From Candidatus Hodarchaeota archaeon (lineage in GTDB: Archaea > Asgardarchaeota > Lokiarchaeia > Sigyniarchaeales > SOKP01), in NCBI GenBank assembly GCA_048887225.1, contig JBHLJY010000004.1, positions 32,001-96,000 of the forward strand: a stretch of 64,000 nucleotides of DNA, read 5' to 3'. Shown here piece after piece: positions 37,732-48,216 of the stretch. Numbering within the stretch: position 1 is the stretch's first letter; each line of letters opens with the position of its first letter. The notes below the pieces were generated by a model, which was not told the DNA's origin, made no database searches, and saw only the letters and a program-made list of their open reading frames with translations. A program made the position numbers and the translations under genes.

Positions 37732-39294
37732 ATGAATCGGACTGAAACTGACTCTGAGCCCCCTTTAGAATTTACATTAGATAGAAAAAAAATAATAGCA
37801 AATTTAATGGAATTAATACCAAAAATGAAAGAACTTAATAAGAAATCTAAAGAGATCTTACCAACAATTCAAAAACCAAAATTGCAAGTTATAGCACCTG
37901 ATTCAAATACGATAAAAAATGATTTAGAAAAGATTTGTAGCGTCCCCCACAGGAGGATTGGAACAGAAGAAGCTCATGAGATTGAAAATTTTATTGAAAA
38001 AACATGTAGAAAATTAGGGCTTATTAATGTCAAAAAAGAAACATTTGAGATTATAAATTGGGTTGCGACTAATTGGAAGATATTAATTAAAGCAAATAAT
38101 GAGATTATTGAAATTCCATGTTTCTATGTTTTAAATACTGAATTTACAGATAAAAATGGGATTACTGCGCCTCTAATATATGTAGGAGCTGGTTCAAAAA
38201 AGGATTTTAAAAAAAAAGATGTTAATGGAAAGATTGTAGTAGCAGATATAGAATTCCCTACTCTACCATTAGGCAAATTACTAAAAATAGCAGAACCATA
38301 TTATATCGCTGATCCCACAAATACAATTGCTGATACAACAGAAATTATTCTAACTTTTGCTCTTACAAACTTTCCACCACAATCTTTAGGTGGAAAACCA
38401 AGAGAAGATTCAGTATATTGGCGAGCAGTACGTAGAGGTGCTTTAGGATTAATTCTGATCTTACGTGATGCTCCTACTAATATTAATTCTCATTGGGGGC
38501 CTTATGATGGTTCATTCAAACCTGTTCCTGCTTTATATGTTGGGAAATATGATGGAATGAAGGTTAAAGAATTGGTTCAAACAGAAGCCTCTCAAGGTAC
38601 TATAATCCTTAATGGATATAAAGAAATCAGTAAAGCAAACAATATATGGGGGATCTTACCTGGTCAATCAGAAGAAATGATAATGGTCTCATCTCATACT
38701 GATTCTGCATTCAAAGGAGCTTCTGAAGATGGTACAGGAGTAGCTATGATTCTTGCTCAATTAAGAGCATGGTCAAAAATTCCTAAAGAGGAAAGACCTA
38801 AATCTTTATTATTTGTTTTGACAGCAGGTCATCTTTACGGAGGTATTGGTGCAGAAACATTTGCGAAGAAATACAGAGATAGTTTATTAAGAAATGTTTT
38901 AGTTGATATAAATCTTGAGCATATGTGTGCTAAAGAGGTTGAAGAAGACCCAGAAACTCATAATTATCGATTTACAAACAACCTTGCATTAGGAGCAGTG
39001 TTTTTAACTCATAATGAAACCTTAGTTGCTCATACGATAAAAGCATTCAAAGAGCATAAAATAGAGCGTATGATTTTAATTCCAGAAAACTTCTTCGCTA
39101 CTCCTGCAATTGGAGAAGCAGGACATTTTACCAGTTATAGCGATTTAAAAATTATTCATTGGATACGATCGCCGTATTATCTTCTAACAGCAGAGGATAC
39201 TTTAGATAAAATTGCCATAGATAAATTACACCCAACTGCTCAATGTGTGACTGATTTAATTAATTCATTAATGCAGCTATCAACAAAACCTTAA
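37732..39294 (+). CDS. M28-family peptidase with PA domain
   Basis: HRRIGT, PA insert (DVNGKIVV), SSHTDS, EDGTG, DINLEH; the usual EE motif is replaced by GH. Confidence 0.8.
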   Translation: MNRTETDSEPPLEFTLDRKKIIANLMELIPKMKELNKKSKEILPTIQKPKLQVIAPDSNTIKNDLEKICSVPHRRIGTEEAHEIENFIEKTCRKLGLINVKKETFEIINWVATNWKILIKANNEIIEIPCFYVLNTEFTDKNGITAPLIYVGAGSKKDFKKKDVNGKIVVADIEFPTLPLGKLLKIAEPYYIADPTNTIADTTEIILTFALTNFPPQSLGGKPREDSVYWRAVRRGALGLILILRDAPTNINSHWGPYDGSFKPVPALYVGKYDGMKVKELVQTEASQGTIILNGYKEISKANNIWGILPGQSEEMIMVSSHTDSAFKGASEDGTGVAMILAQLRAWSKIPKEERPKSLLFVLTAGHLYGGIGAETFAKKYRDSLLRNVLVDINLEHMCAKEVEEDPETHNYRFTNNLALGAVFLTHNETLVAHTIKAFKEHKIERMILIPENFFATPAIGEAGHFTSYSDLKIIHWIRSPYYLLTAEDTLDKIAIDKLHPTAQCVTDLINSLMQLSTKP

Positions 39295-39522
39295 TCGCGC
39301 TCTTTTTTAATAATAATTTGAAGATTTAATAAATTTTAGAATTATTATTGAAATATCGTTTTTAAATAATGTTTTAAAACTGAATCTATTTAGTCTTACT
39401 CACTTTATTTTTTTTTTAAAAATTTTATTGTCAAACATTAACTTTTTAATAAGATATTTTAACAGATAACTTATCTTTTATTATGAACTTTTTTTTATAG
39501 TTTCCTTTTTATAATTTTTTTA

Positions 39523-39768
39523 ATGTTAGATGAAATTGACTATATGAAACCATTGGAAAATTATAATTTAAAAATTAGATATATAAATGGACAAAAATTA
39601 TTAAAGGATATTCTGCATAAATTTAATCAAGAAAGTGTAATGAAGGATTTCTTAGAGGAGATTGAGGGCTTTATAAAAGGTATTCATGAAGTTTTTCCTA
39701 GATATTCAAAAGAAATAAAAATGCAATGTGAAAAAATACATCATTTTTTAAACTCAGAATCAGTCTAA
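39523..39768 (+). CDS. Hypothetical protein
   Basis: 81-aa ORF, no motif. Confidence 0.4.
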   Translation: MLDEIDYMKPLENYNLKIRYINGQKLLKDILHKFNQESVMKDFLEEIEGFIKGIHEVFPRYSKEIKMQCEKIHHFLNSESV

Positions 39769-39827
39769 TGCTTTTTAAATTTTTTTTTTCTGATTTCTAA
39801 ATAATAGTTTTTAATCTTTTCTTTCTA

Positions 39828-41729
39828 CTATAAAATTGGTAGTTTTACTGTAAATGTACTACCCATTTTTCTTCCTCCAGATTCAGCCCAAATATGACCT
39901 CCATGTAAATCAATGATTTCCTTACAGATATATAAACCAAGGCCTGAACCCTTTCTATCAACATATTCTAATCCTTCTCCAAATCTCTCTATTTTTCCAA
40001 ATCTGGTGAATAATAGATTCATTTCTTTTTTAGTTAATCCTATACCCGTATCACTTACTGAAAAAATAACCCAATCCTCTTGTCTCCATAAACTTATATC
40101 AATTTTTCCATTAGGTGGCGTATTATTTATAGCATTTGACAAGAGATTTGTAATTACTTCTCCAATTCTCTTTTTATCTATATTCAAATATAATGCTTCG
40201 GGGAGATTCAAATTTAGTGAAAGTTTTCTATTAATAAGTAAATACTTCATATCTTGAGAACTTTCTCTAATTAATTCACTTAAATTAAGTTTTTCTTTCT
40301 TGACCTCCATCTTATTATCTTCAATTCGAGATACATTTAGTAATTTTGCTACTAGTTCCTTTAATCTGGAGCCACCTTTATTAATCATTTGAATTATTTC
40401 TAATGCTTCTTTTCCAATTTGATCTTTATAAACTGTTGTAAGAAGTTCTGACCCGCTTATAACTGGTATTAAAGGAGTTTTTAATTCATGTGAAACCCTC
40501 GAGATTAAATCTTTCCGAATTTGTTCGAGTTCTTTTAATTTTTCGAATTCTTCTTGAATTAAAAGTTCTGCTCTCTTTCGCTCAGTAATATCTTGTGCTA
40601 TAAACTGTACTAATGTTTTATTTCCAATTTTTATTAAAGAGCCACGGAGATTTACCCAAATAAAACCTCCAGCTGACCTATATAAAGGAAATTCAATCGA
40701 TTCGTTTTTATCACCTTCAAGTATTTTTTTAAAATAGTATGCAAGTGAAGTTATATGTGCTTTATTTTTCTCATTTAACGAAAATATTTCCTTAAAGTTT
40801 TTTCCGAGATAATCATCTATTTTATGGATACTAAGAAAATGACTAGTGGCACTATTACAGGCAATTAAATTTCCATTTAAATCTAAAAGTCCTATGGAAT
40901 AAGGAGAACTTTCGAATAAATGTCTAAATTTTATCTCAGATTCTTTTAACTTTTGTTCAGCTTTTTTCTCATCAGTAATATCTTGTCCTATAAATTGTAT
41001 TAAGGTTTGGTCTTCTATATTTATTAAAGAACTATTGAGACTTATCCATTGAATACTTTTATTAGATCTAACTAAAGGAAATTCAAAAGATTCCGTAGTT
41101 TCTCCATTAACGTTTCTTTTTATTTGATCTAATATTATTGGGATTATTGGTATTTCCTCTTCTTGTATAGAGAAGATTTCTCTAATATTTTTACCGATTA
41201 AATCATCTCTCGTACGCGAAGTAAGAAAATCATTGACGGCAATGTTTATATCTAAAATATTACCCTCTAAATCTAGTATTCCTATAAGAAATGGTGAGCT
41301 TTCAAATAAGTGTCTATATTTTTCTTCACTTGCTTTGAGTTGCTTTTCTGCTTTCTTTCTCTCTGAAATGTCTCTAGCGATACCCAAAACAGCATATATT
41401 TCATTATTTTCTTTCAAAGGGATGCCAATAGTTTCCACATAAATAGTATTACCAGTTTTACTTTTTAATTCATATTCAGTAAGTGTGGATTGTCCTCCTG
41501 TCGTTAAAGTTTCATTTAACTGGGTAAAAGCCTTTTTCAGTTGAATTGTATCTATTAAGTCACCGAAGGAAAGGTTATTAATATCTTCTATAGTATAACC
41601 TAAACTTCTTAATGCGGCATCATTCGCATCAAGGAAATTCCCTTTAAGATCAAAAACATAAATTAAATCTAATGTTTGTTCAAATAAATCTTTGTATTTC
41701 TCTCTTATTTCATCTTTTTTATATGTCAT
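39828..41729 (-). CDS. PAS-domain sensor histidine kinase (3 PAS + HisKA + HATPase)
   Basis: PAS repeats ending DISERK/DITDEK/DITERK; SHELKTP, NLLSNA, DTGIG, GSGLGL. Confidence 0.95.
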   Translation of the reverse strand: MTYKKDEIREKYKDLFEQTLDLIYVFDLKGNFLDANDAALRSLGYTIEDINNLSFGDLIDTIQLKKAFTQLNETLTTGGQSTLTEYELKSKTGNTIYVETIGIPLKENNEIYAVLGIARDISERKKAEKQLKASEEKYRHLFESSPFLIGILDLEGNILDINIAVNDFLTSRTRDDLIGKNIREIFSIQEEEIPIIPIILDQIKRNVNGETTESFEFPLVRSNKSIQWISLNSSLINIEDQTLIQFIGQDITDEKKAEQKLKESEIKFRHLFESSPYSIGLLDLNGNLIACNSATSHFLSIHKIDDYLGKNFKEIFSLNEKNKAHITSLAYYFKKILEGDKNESIEFPLYRSAGGFIWVNLRGSLIKIGNKTLVQFIAQDITERKRAELLIQEEFEKLKELEQIRKDLISRVSHELKTPLIPVISGSELLTTVYKDQIGKEALEIIQMINKGGSRLKELVAKLLNVSRIEDNKMEVKKEKLNLSELIRESSQDMKYLLINRKLSLNLNLPEALYLNIDKKRIGEVITNLLSNAINNTPPNGKIDISLWRQEDWVIFSVSDTGIGLTKKEMNLLFTRFGKIERFGEGLEYVDRKGSGLGLYICKEIIDLHGGHIWAESGGRKMGSTFTVKLPIL

Positions 41730-41982
41730 CTTAATCTATTTTTCTTGACTCCTAAAAAGTTAATGATAAAAGTAAAATTTATGCTTTTCCTTTTTTAAGG
41801 TATTTATAGATTTTAGTTGCTCTAAGTTATTCGTCGTCATTTTTCGACTTTCTCCTATGACATATCTGTAAAAAACTTTATATATAATGGAAAAAAAAAA
41901 AAAATTAGCTAATAATGGTTAAGGGTGATTATTTATCACATTTGTACAAGAGAAAGGATTATATCAAAAACTATATCAAAAT

Positions 41983-42183
41983 TTGAAAGAAATATCTAAA
42001 CTTCGAACAGATTTAATTAAATTCTTAGAATTAGTTCTGGATTTATTTTCGTATAAAAATTCTACTACTCAAGAAAAGGATATTTCTAATAAGATTTTAT
42101 TCTATATTAAATCTTTCAACGAGAGCCATCCTATAAATATGTTTAGTGAATTAAATCAAGAATTATTAAAAGAAACCGTTTAA
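41983..42183 (+). CDS. Hypothetical protein
   Basis: 66-aa ORF; frame is open back to 41929, just after a GGTGA motif. Confidence 0.4.
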   Translation: MKEISKLRTDLIKFLELVLDLFSYKNSTTQEKDISNKILFYIKSFNESHPINMFSELNQELLKETV

Positions 42184-42248
42184 TATTCTAAGAAACTTTG
42201 AAAATAGAAGTAGAAGATAGTTAATAAATAATTAGGGATAGAATTAAA

Positions 42249-42419
42249 ATGAATAAATTATTTGATGAAATTAAAGAAGGATTGAGAAAAGCATTAAATG
42301 AGCAAGAATCCCGCACTAATTTCGATGGTATAGTTTGCCAAAATTGTGGTTGTTATAACCATAGAGCAAGAAAGGGACAACCATGTGGTAATTGTTTAGC
42401 AAAATTGAATTTTTTTTAA
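42249..42419 (+). CDS. Small zinc-ribbon protein (56 aa; not in ORF track)
   Basis: MNKLFDEIKEG...VCQNCG...PCGNCLAKLNFF*. Confidence 0.65.
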   Translation: MNKLFDEIKEGLRKALNEQESRTNFDGIVCQNCGCYNHRARKGQPCGNCLAKLNFF

Positions 42420-42584
42420 TCATTGTGCTAATAATTTCTATCTCATTTATTATAGAACAATTGAAGCTCTAGATTAAATTTTTATACTTCTTTTTCTTTT
42501 GAGATATCGTTTAGTTAAGTTAACTATTTAAACTTATTCAACCAATATTTAAAAAACATATCTAATTATATATTCAAAAATAAT

Positions 42585-43994
42585 TTGGTAATAGTTATGG
42601 ATAATAAAGATGTTGAAATATTACACTCAAAGAAGAGTATGGCTTCATACGGTTTCGGAAAATTCGTAAATGAATTTTTAAACATGGCCTTTGGAGCATT
42701 TGTCTTTTTCTACTACGAGGCCGAGATTGGTCTGAGTGTTTGGCTCACTGCTTTTGGATACATCATATTTGCAATATGGAATGCAGTCAATGATCCTTTT
42801 ATTGGTTATTTAGTTGATCGCCCCTTCAATTTCACAAAAAAATGGGGTAGAAGATTTCCTTGGGTTTTCATAGGAGGAGTTCCGTGGATAATTTGCTATT
42901 TACTTCTCTTTACACCTCCCGCCGTAGATCCAAAAGGAGAAGGAGCATGGTTAATCTTTTTATGGTTATTAATTATGACTTGCTTATATGACACATTTTA
43001 TTCTATTTTTAATGTAAATTTTTATGGACTTTTTCCAGATAAATTTCGTTCAGAAAATGAACGCAGGGATGCCGCAGGAATTAGCACAATGGTGGGAACT
43101 TTTGGAGTAGCTCTAGGGGCAATTATACCACCATTATTTATAGTTTTTGGGAATAAACAGTCATATATAATTCAGGCAGGAGTAGCTATAATTGTATGCA
43201 TAATAGCCTTAGCATTAACTATTCCGGGGTGTCGCGAAGATCAAGAGCGAATTGACTGCTATCTCGAAAAGTGTGAAGAAGGATTAGAACGAGGATCCTT
43301 TTTTAGAACTTTTAGAACTAGTTTAAAGCATAAGAATTTTATTGCATATACGCTTGCTTTCTTGTTTTACTATTCTTTAGTACTTTGTATGATAGGATCA
43401 ATTCCATACATGGCAAGGTATAGATTAGAAAGAAAAGCGGGAGATATCATATTAATAATGGCCGGACTTCTTATTGGATCTTTTTGTTCAATACCCTTAT
43501 GGACAATTATTGCCCGTAAAATTAAGGATGACCGTAAAACGATAATCATTGCCGCAATCGCTATGATAATCTTTACAGGTCTTCTTATCTTTATAAACGA
43601 TTATTATATACTTTTCATCGGAATGCTAATATGGGGTACTAGCCTTGGAGGTTTTTGGGTTATGCTTTCTCCTAATTTTGCTAATGTTATTGACGAATCC
43701 GTAATATTGACGAGTAAAAGAGAAGAGGGTTTATATAATGGCATCAATACTTTTGTTGCTCGTGCGTCCCTTATTATTCAAGCTGTAAGTTTTGCGGTTG
43801 TACACACCCTAACTGGATTCTCCGAAGGAGCGGCAACACAATCAGCCGAAGCAAAATGGGGAATTCAAATTCATTTTGCCTTACTCCCAATGATTTTTAT
43901 TATCATTACAGCTGTGATATTTATTAAATTCTTTGACCTTACACCGGAAAAAGTAAAATCTAATAAAGAAAAACTAGTTGATATAGGAATTTAG
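42585..43994 (+). CDS. MFS transporter, GPH (MelB/MFSD2-like) family
   Basis: WNAVNDPFIGYLVD...WGRRFPW; VIDE...REEGLYNG; about 12 TM. Confidence 0.92.
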   Translation: MVIVMDNKDVEILHSKKSMASYGFGKFVNEFLNMAFGAFVFFYYEAEIGLSVWLTAFGYIIFAIWNAVNDPFIGYLVDRPFNFTKKWGRRFPWVFIGGVPWIICYLLLFTPPAVDPKGEGAWLIFLWLLIMTCLYDTFYSIFNVNFYGLFPDKFRSENERRDAAGISTMVGTFGVALGAIIPPLFIVFGNKQSYIIQAGVAIIVCIIALALTIPGCREDQERIDCYLEKCEEGLERGSFFRTFRTSLKHKNFIAYTLAFLFYYSLVLCMIGSIPYMARYRLERKAGDIILIMAGLLIGSFCSIPLWTIIARKIKDDRKTIIIAAIAMIIFTGLLIFINDYYILFIGMLIWGTSLGGFWVMLSPNFANVIDESVILTSKREEGLYNGINTFVARASLIIQAVSFAVVHTLTGFSEGAATQSAEAKWGIQIHFALLPMIFIIITAVIFIKFFDLTPEKVKSNKEKLVDIGI

Positions 43995-44049
43995 ATTTCT
44001 AAATCTATTCAGAGAATTCTTTAGATAAAAAATCAATTTCGGTTAGATT

Positions 44050-44202
44050 TTACTTTCTTTTTTTTATTTTAATAGAGTTAAATGGTAGCTTTACACCACA
44101 ATAATGACAAATATTTTCCTCATTTTCTTTAAATTCAGAGATTAGGGAACCACAATAAAAACAAAATCTTAACTTTTTTTTGTTTGCTTTAATATATATC
44201 AC
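44050..44202 (-). CDS. Small zinc-ribbon protein (~50 aa; not in ORF track)
   Basis: ...LRFCFYCGS...ICHYCGVKL...; start is GTG, or a downstream ATA/ATT after AGGTGAT. Confidence 0.55.
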   Translation of the reverse strand: MIYIKANKKKLRFCFYCGSLISEFKENEENICHYCGVKLPFNSIKIKKRK

Positions 44203-44402
44203 CTATACGTAAATTATAATATCTTTAATTAGATAAAAGGGATTTGAATATTAAAATAAACTGTAGTCCAATTATTGTCTTAAATCAATGAATATAAAAG
44301 ATATACTTAATTAATATAAGCATTTTCACTCAATTATTTTTAAAATATAACATTTTTAAGTAAAGACTTATTAAGTTTTTAATAATGGCCAAAACCTAAG
44401 AA

Positions 44403-44430
44403 ATCTTATATCTTGAACTAAATATAATCT
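44403..44430 (-). repeat. 28-bp dif-like site, copy 3 (variant spacer)
   Basis: Minus strand AGATTATATTT-AGTTCA-AGATATAAGAT; right arm identical to the other copies. Confidence 0.6.
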
Positions 44431-44567
44431 ATTTAAAAATTATTATTATTGAATATACTTCTGTTTTCTCAATTTCACCAAATTATTGCATATATATGTA
44501 GATAATAAGTCCTTTTTTATATCCGCATTATTAAAAGAAAACCAAAATCTTACATTTTGGTAAAGGA

Positions 44568-45167
44568 ATGAAATATAATAGTATCATTAAAAATACTTTT
44601 ATTTATTTATTTTTGACAGCTGCATTTTTACTAATACATGAAATAGCACATTGTATAACAGCTATTATATTTGGTGGAGAATTTAGAGGAATTTGGTTAA
44701 CTTCCTTTGTTGGTTTTGGAAAAAAATCAAATCAAGTTAGTACATTTAGCGTTTATGCTTATACTAATTATAATGATAGCATTGTATGTTATAGATGTGT
44801 GAAAGTAGCTGGTAGTTTAACTACGATATTATCTGCTTCAGTGGTTAATTATATCTCAAAAAAAAAGAAAAATTTTATTGTGTTTTTAACGACTTCTAAT
44901 GTGATTTTTTATGAAGTATTTTATTGGGCTGTTTCTCCATTATTAAAATTTGGTGATGCTTATCAATTATTACAATCTTTAAAAATAACTAATTTAACTG
45001 CAATTTTATTGTTTTCATTAATATTTTTTCTTGTAATGACTTGGTTATCAATATCATTAACAAGTACGCTTTTAAAATTGTTAGATTCCTCTTCTGGTAA
45101 ATTTAATGCCTATGATCCTAAGCAGACCAAGAAATTACGAGAAGAGGGAGCTTTTAGAGCAATTTAA
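44568..45167 (+). CDS. Membrane protein, M50-like metallopeptidase fold
   Basis: TM-embedded HEIAH, VAG, GDAY. Confidence 0.65.
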   Translation: MKYNSIIKNTFIYLFLTAAFLLIHEIAHCITAIIFGGEFRGIWLTSFVGFGKKSNQVSTFSVYAYTNYNDSIVCYRCVKVAGSLTTILSASVVNYISKKKKNFIVFLTTSNVIFYEVFYWAVSPLLKFGDAYQLLQSLKITNLTAILLFSLIFFLVMTWLSISLTSTLLKLLDSSSGKFNAYDPKQTKKLREEGAFRAI

Positions 45168-45208
45168 TGAATATGGAAATGTCCAAGAGAAAATATAAAA
45201 GATAGTGC

Positions 45209-46255
45209 TTATCTTTTATGAACTTTTTTCCTCATAATTAAGATTGTAATTATAGCAATTAGTGAGCCTGATAGTATTGATAAGTTATATCCGTTAATAG
45301 ACTCGAAATCAAAATCATTATCATCGTCATCATCATTAATTTTTAGAGGAGGTGTATACGGGACTGTAGCATTCACAAGGACATAATTCATTGCCGCAGC
45401 GCAAGCTTTAGTTGCATTGTTTAAATTAGCTTCTATGCGATTATAATACTCTTGATGTTCTAGCGTGTCTGTTGATCGGTCGGCGAAAGTATTATTCCAA
45501 TTACTAAAGAAGTTTTCGTAAAGCCAAAATGCGTTGTGAGCGTAATTGTGGGTACTATCGTTATAAGTATCCCACGCTAAGTCTACAGCTGCATCATATG
45601 GTTTTTTTGAACCGATGGTAAAAGGAAAAATTTTAAAAAATTCTTCCATATCGTCAGCTTCATCTGTTCTTGTTTTTATATAACCTTCTAATTGCGTATG
45701 ATTGTCGTCAAAATTTACAGTATCATAAGGTGGCTCATAATTTTCGGCTACATGGCAGAAAACAGCCATATCAGAGATATAATGCGTCATCGCTCCAAGG
45801 TAGAAGGCAGCTAGATCGTATTTTTCCTCATCCAAATTAACACATGCAAGATCTCCCATAGATTTCGCTCTAAGAGCTGCATCATCTTCATAAACAGAAC
45901 CATCTTGGTGTATATATATATGGTGCCAGCTAAAATCACCGAATCCTATAATTGATTTTCCGTCTAACGTCATTGAAACTCCAGAGTTATCGGGAGCTTC
46001 GGTTCCCACAAAATATATCAATTTTCTATCATTTAACCATTGCCACCTAGTCGCGTTGTCGTTCAGCAGAGCCGTTAGTGAAACATTAGCAACCCAGTCA
46101 TGACCAGCAAAATCATTGTTATAATCATAACTACTTGAGTCGTCGGCATAACTTCCATTAGGTAAAGCTACGCTTTCGTGAGTTAGTGCTGTAAAAATAA
46201 TTATTACTAACAAAAAGCTAACTGGTAATAAAATAAAATTTCTCTTATTTCTCAT
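45209..46255 (-). CDS. Secreted zinc-dependent phospholipase C/nuclease-family protein with C-terminal membrane anchor
   Basis: Signal peptide; HDW, APD, HH, LGAMTHYISD...H, H..LE; C-terminal INGY + TM + RKK (Loki-CTERM-like). Confidence 0.8.
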   Translation of the reverse strand: MRNKRNFILLPVSFLLVIIIFTALTHESVALPNGSYADDSSSYDYNNDFAGHDWVANVSLTALLNDNATRWQWLNDRKLIYFVGTEAPDNSGVSMTLDGKSIIGFGDFSWHHIYIHQDGSVYEDDAALRAKSMGDLACVNLDEEKYDLAAFYLGAMTHYISDMAVFCHVAENYEPPYDTVNFDDNHTQLEGYIKTRTDEADDMEEFFKIFPFTIGSKKPYDAAVDLAWDTYNDSTHNYAHNAFWLYENFFSNWNNTFADRSTDTLEHQEYYNRIEANLNNATKACAAAMNYVLVNATVPYTPPLKINDDDDDNDFDFESINGYNLSILSGSLIAIITILIMRKKVHKR

Positions 46256-46461
46256 AGTAATACGATTCTTTCTTATTTATTAAATCCCTTTAATAATTAA
46301 ATTATATAATTATTGATTAATTGATAACTAGCGCTTTAATAACAAATTAACATTTTTTTAAAATCTGGGGTATGTTGCGAAAATAAGATATGCAACACAC
46401 AAATATACTTCTTAAAAAAATAGTTTGAAATTTGGCTTTTTTGAATAGGTAAACTTAGAGA

Positions 46462-46489
46462 ATCTTATATCTTAGAACAGATATGAGCT
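46462..46489 (-). repeat. 28-bp dif-like site, copy 4
   Basis: Minus strand AGCTCATATCT-GTTCTA-AGATATAAGAT; similarity to copy 2 extends about 30 bp further (46431-46461 vs 25360-25390). Confidence 0.7.
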
Positions 46490-46755
46490 ATATTTTAATT
46501 GTAATAATAAAAGAGCTTATTTGTTCAATTCGTATTTTACTCTTTTTTTAACAATTCATTTTTTGACTATTAGAGGAGTAATTAAAAGGATTTGGAAACA
46601 TAAACTAGAAAAGCTTGGGAGCATAAGAAGACTTCTAGAATACCTTAAAAACTCATAATTTTTTTGAACTTCTCTTTTTTTTATATTATACAGAAAATTT
46701 TTATTTTTAAAATTATAAAAACCATTAATTAAATTAGATTATAGAGTGAAATAGC

Positions 46756-47415
46756 TTGAAAAAATTAGTTCTTTTTGGACCACCGGGAAGCGGGAAAGGG
46801 ACGTTAGCTTCATTAATACTTAAAGTTTTACCTAATATTGTTCATGTAAGCACCGGTGATATTTTTCGTGAAAATTTAAAAAACAAAACACCATTAGGCT
46901 TGAAAGCTAAAGAGTATATGGAAAAAGGCGAACTTGTTCCCGATGAAATTGTCATTAAAATGGTAGAGAGCCGTCTAAATCAAGAAGATGTTAAACAGTA
47001 TGGATTTATGTTGGACGGTTTTCCACGAAATACACGGCAAACGAGGGCTCTTGATGGAATAACTCAAATTGATACTTTTCTCCTATTAGAAGTCGAAAGA
47101 AATATAATTAAGAAGAGAATTCTCGGAAGATTTGGCTGCGGTGAATGTGGTGAGATTTACAATAAATATACGCTGCCACCTAAAATACAAAAAGGAACAA
47201 ATCAATGGATTTGCGATAAGTGCGGAGCTGAAATAGAGTTTAAGCAAAGAAGCGATGATACTGAAGAAACACTCGAGAAACGCCTAAATGTGTACGAGGA
47301 AAATGCCAAACCAATAATCAATTACTATCAGGAAAAAGGATTACTGAAAAAGGTTGACGCTGAAAATACTTTAGAAATGTCCGCTGATGATATTAAGAAA
47401 ATAATCGAACTGTAA
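46756..47415 (+). CDS. adk: Adenylate kinase (bacterial/eukaryal type with Zn lid)
   Basis: GPPGSGKGT, STGDIFR, GELVPD, LDGFPR, CGECG..CDKCG, QRSDD. Confidence 0.93.
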   Translation: MKKLVLFGPPGSGKGTLASLILKVLPNIVHVSTGDIFRENLKNKTPLGLKAKEYMEKGELVPDEIVIKMVESRLNQEDVKQYGFMLDGFPRNTRQTRALDGITQIDTFLLLEVERNIIKKRILGRFGCGECGEIYNKYTLPPKIQKGTNQWICDKCGAEIEFKQRSDDTEETLEKRLNVYEENAKPIINYYQEKGLLKKVDAENTLEMSADDIKKIIEL

Positions 47416-47451
47416 TATTTAATTAAATTCTATCTTTCTTATTGATATAAA

Positions 47452-48207
47452 ATGAAACCCAATATATGTGTAGCACTTCCAATTAAATCTGGGAATGTAA
47501 AGGAAAATTATGCGATAATCAAAAGGGTTTTAGAAAGTAAACCCGACCTAATTGAATTTAGGTTTGACTACATCGAAGAGATTTCACAGTTAACTCCCGA
47601 TTTTGTAAAGGTCTCATTAAATCTCATTAAACCGGATGTGCTATCCATTTTTACGTTTAGAGATCCATCTGAAGGGGGTCAATGTGCAATTAGCCAAGCA
47701 GATCGCTTAAAAATAATAAATTTGCTGATTGAATCCCATCCTGATTATCTAGATATTGAAATGAACACAAAAACAGAACATTTAAGCGAGATTATAAATC
47801 TCGCTGATAAAAATAAGGTAAAGCTCATATTTTCTTATCATGATTTCGAGAAAACTCCATCTTTCGAAGCAGCATCAGATATTTTTGAAGGCTTTAAAGA
47901 TAAACTATTAAGCAATCGTTTAATCGATGCCCTAACGCTTAAAGAGGTTACCTACAAAATAATATTTACTGCTCAAAGCTTTGAAGATAATTTCATTCCA
48001 ATAAAATTATGTAAAGTTGTATCAGAAAAAGAAAAAGATCAAGGTATCATTAGTTTTTGTATGGGTGAATTAGGCATTTTCTCAAGAATAATGTGCGTAA
48101 AGTTCGGTTCTTTTCTAACTTATGGCTCTTTAGAGGATAAAACTGCACCTGGACAAATAAATATTAAAAAAATTAGAGAATTACACCAATTACTATTTAG
48201 TAATTGA
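47452..48207 (+). CDS. aroD: Type I 3-dehydroquinate dehydratase
   Basis: IEFRFD, TFR...EGG, SYHDFEKTP, MGELG..SR, TAPGQ. Confidence 0.93.
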   Translation: MKPNICVALPIKSGNVKENYAIIKRVLESKPDLIEFRFDYIEEISQLTPDFVKVSLNLIKPDVLSIFTFRDPSEGGQCAISQADRLKIINLLIESHPDYLDIEMNTKTEHLSEIINLADKNKVKLIFSYHDFEKTPSFEAASDIFEGFKDKLLSNRLIDALTLKEVTYKIIFTAQSFEDNFIPIKLCKVVSEKEKDQGIISFCMGELGIFSRIMCVKFGSFLTYGSLEDKTAPGQINIKKIRELHQLLFSN

Positions 48208-48216
48208 TATTTAAAA

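Noticed and set aside
46483-46660. Possible short gene remnant beside site copy 4
   Set aside because: No convincing start and no recognisable transposase or integrase motif
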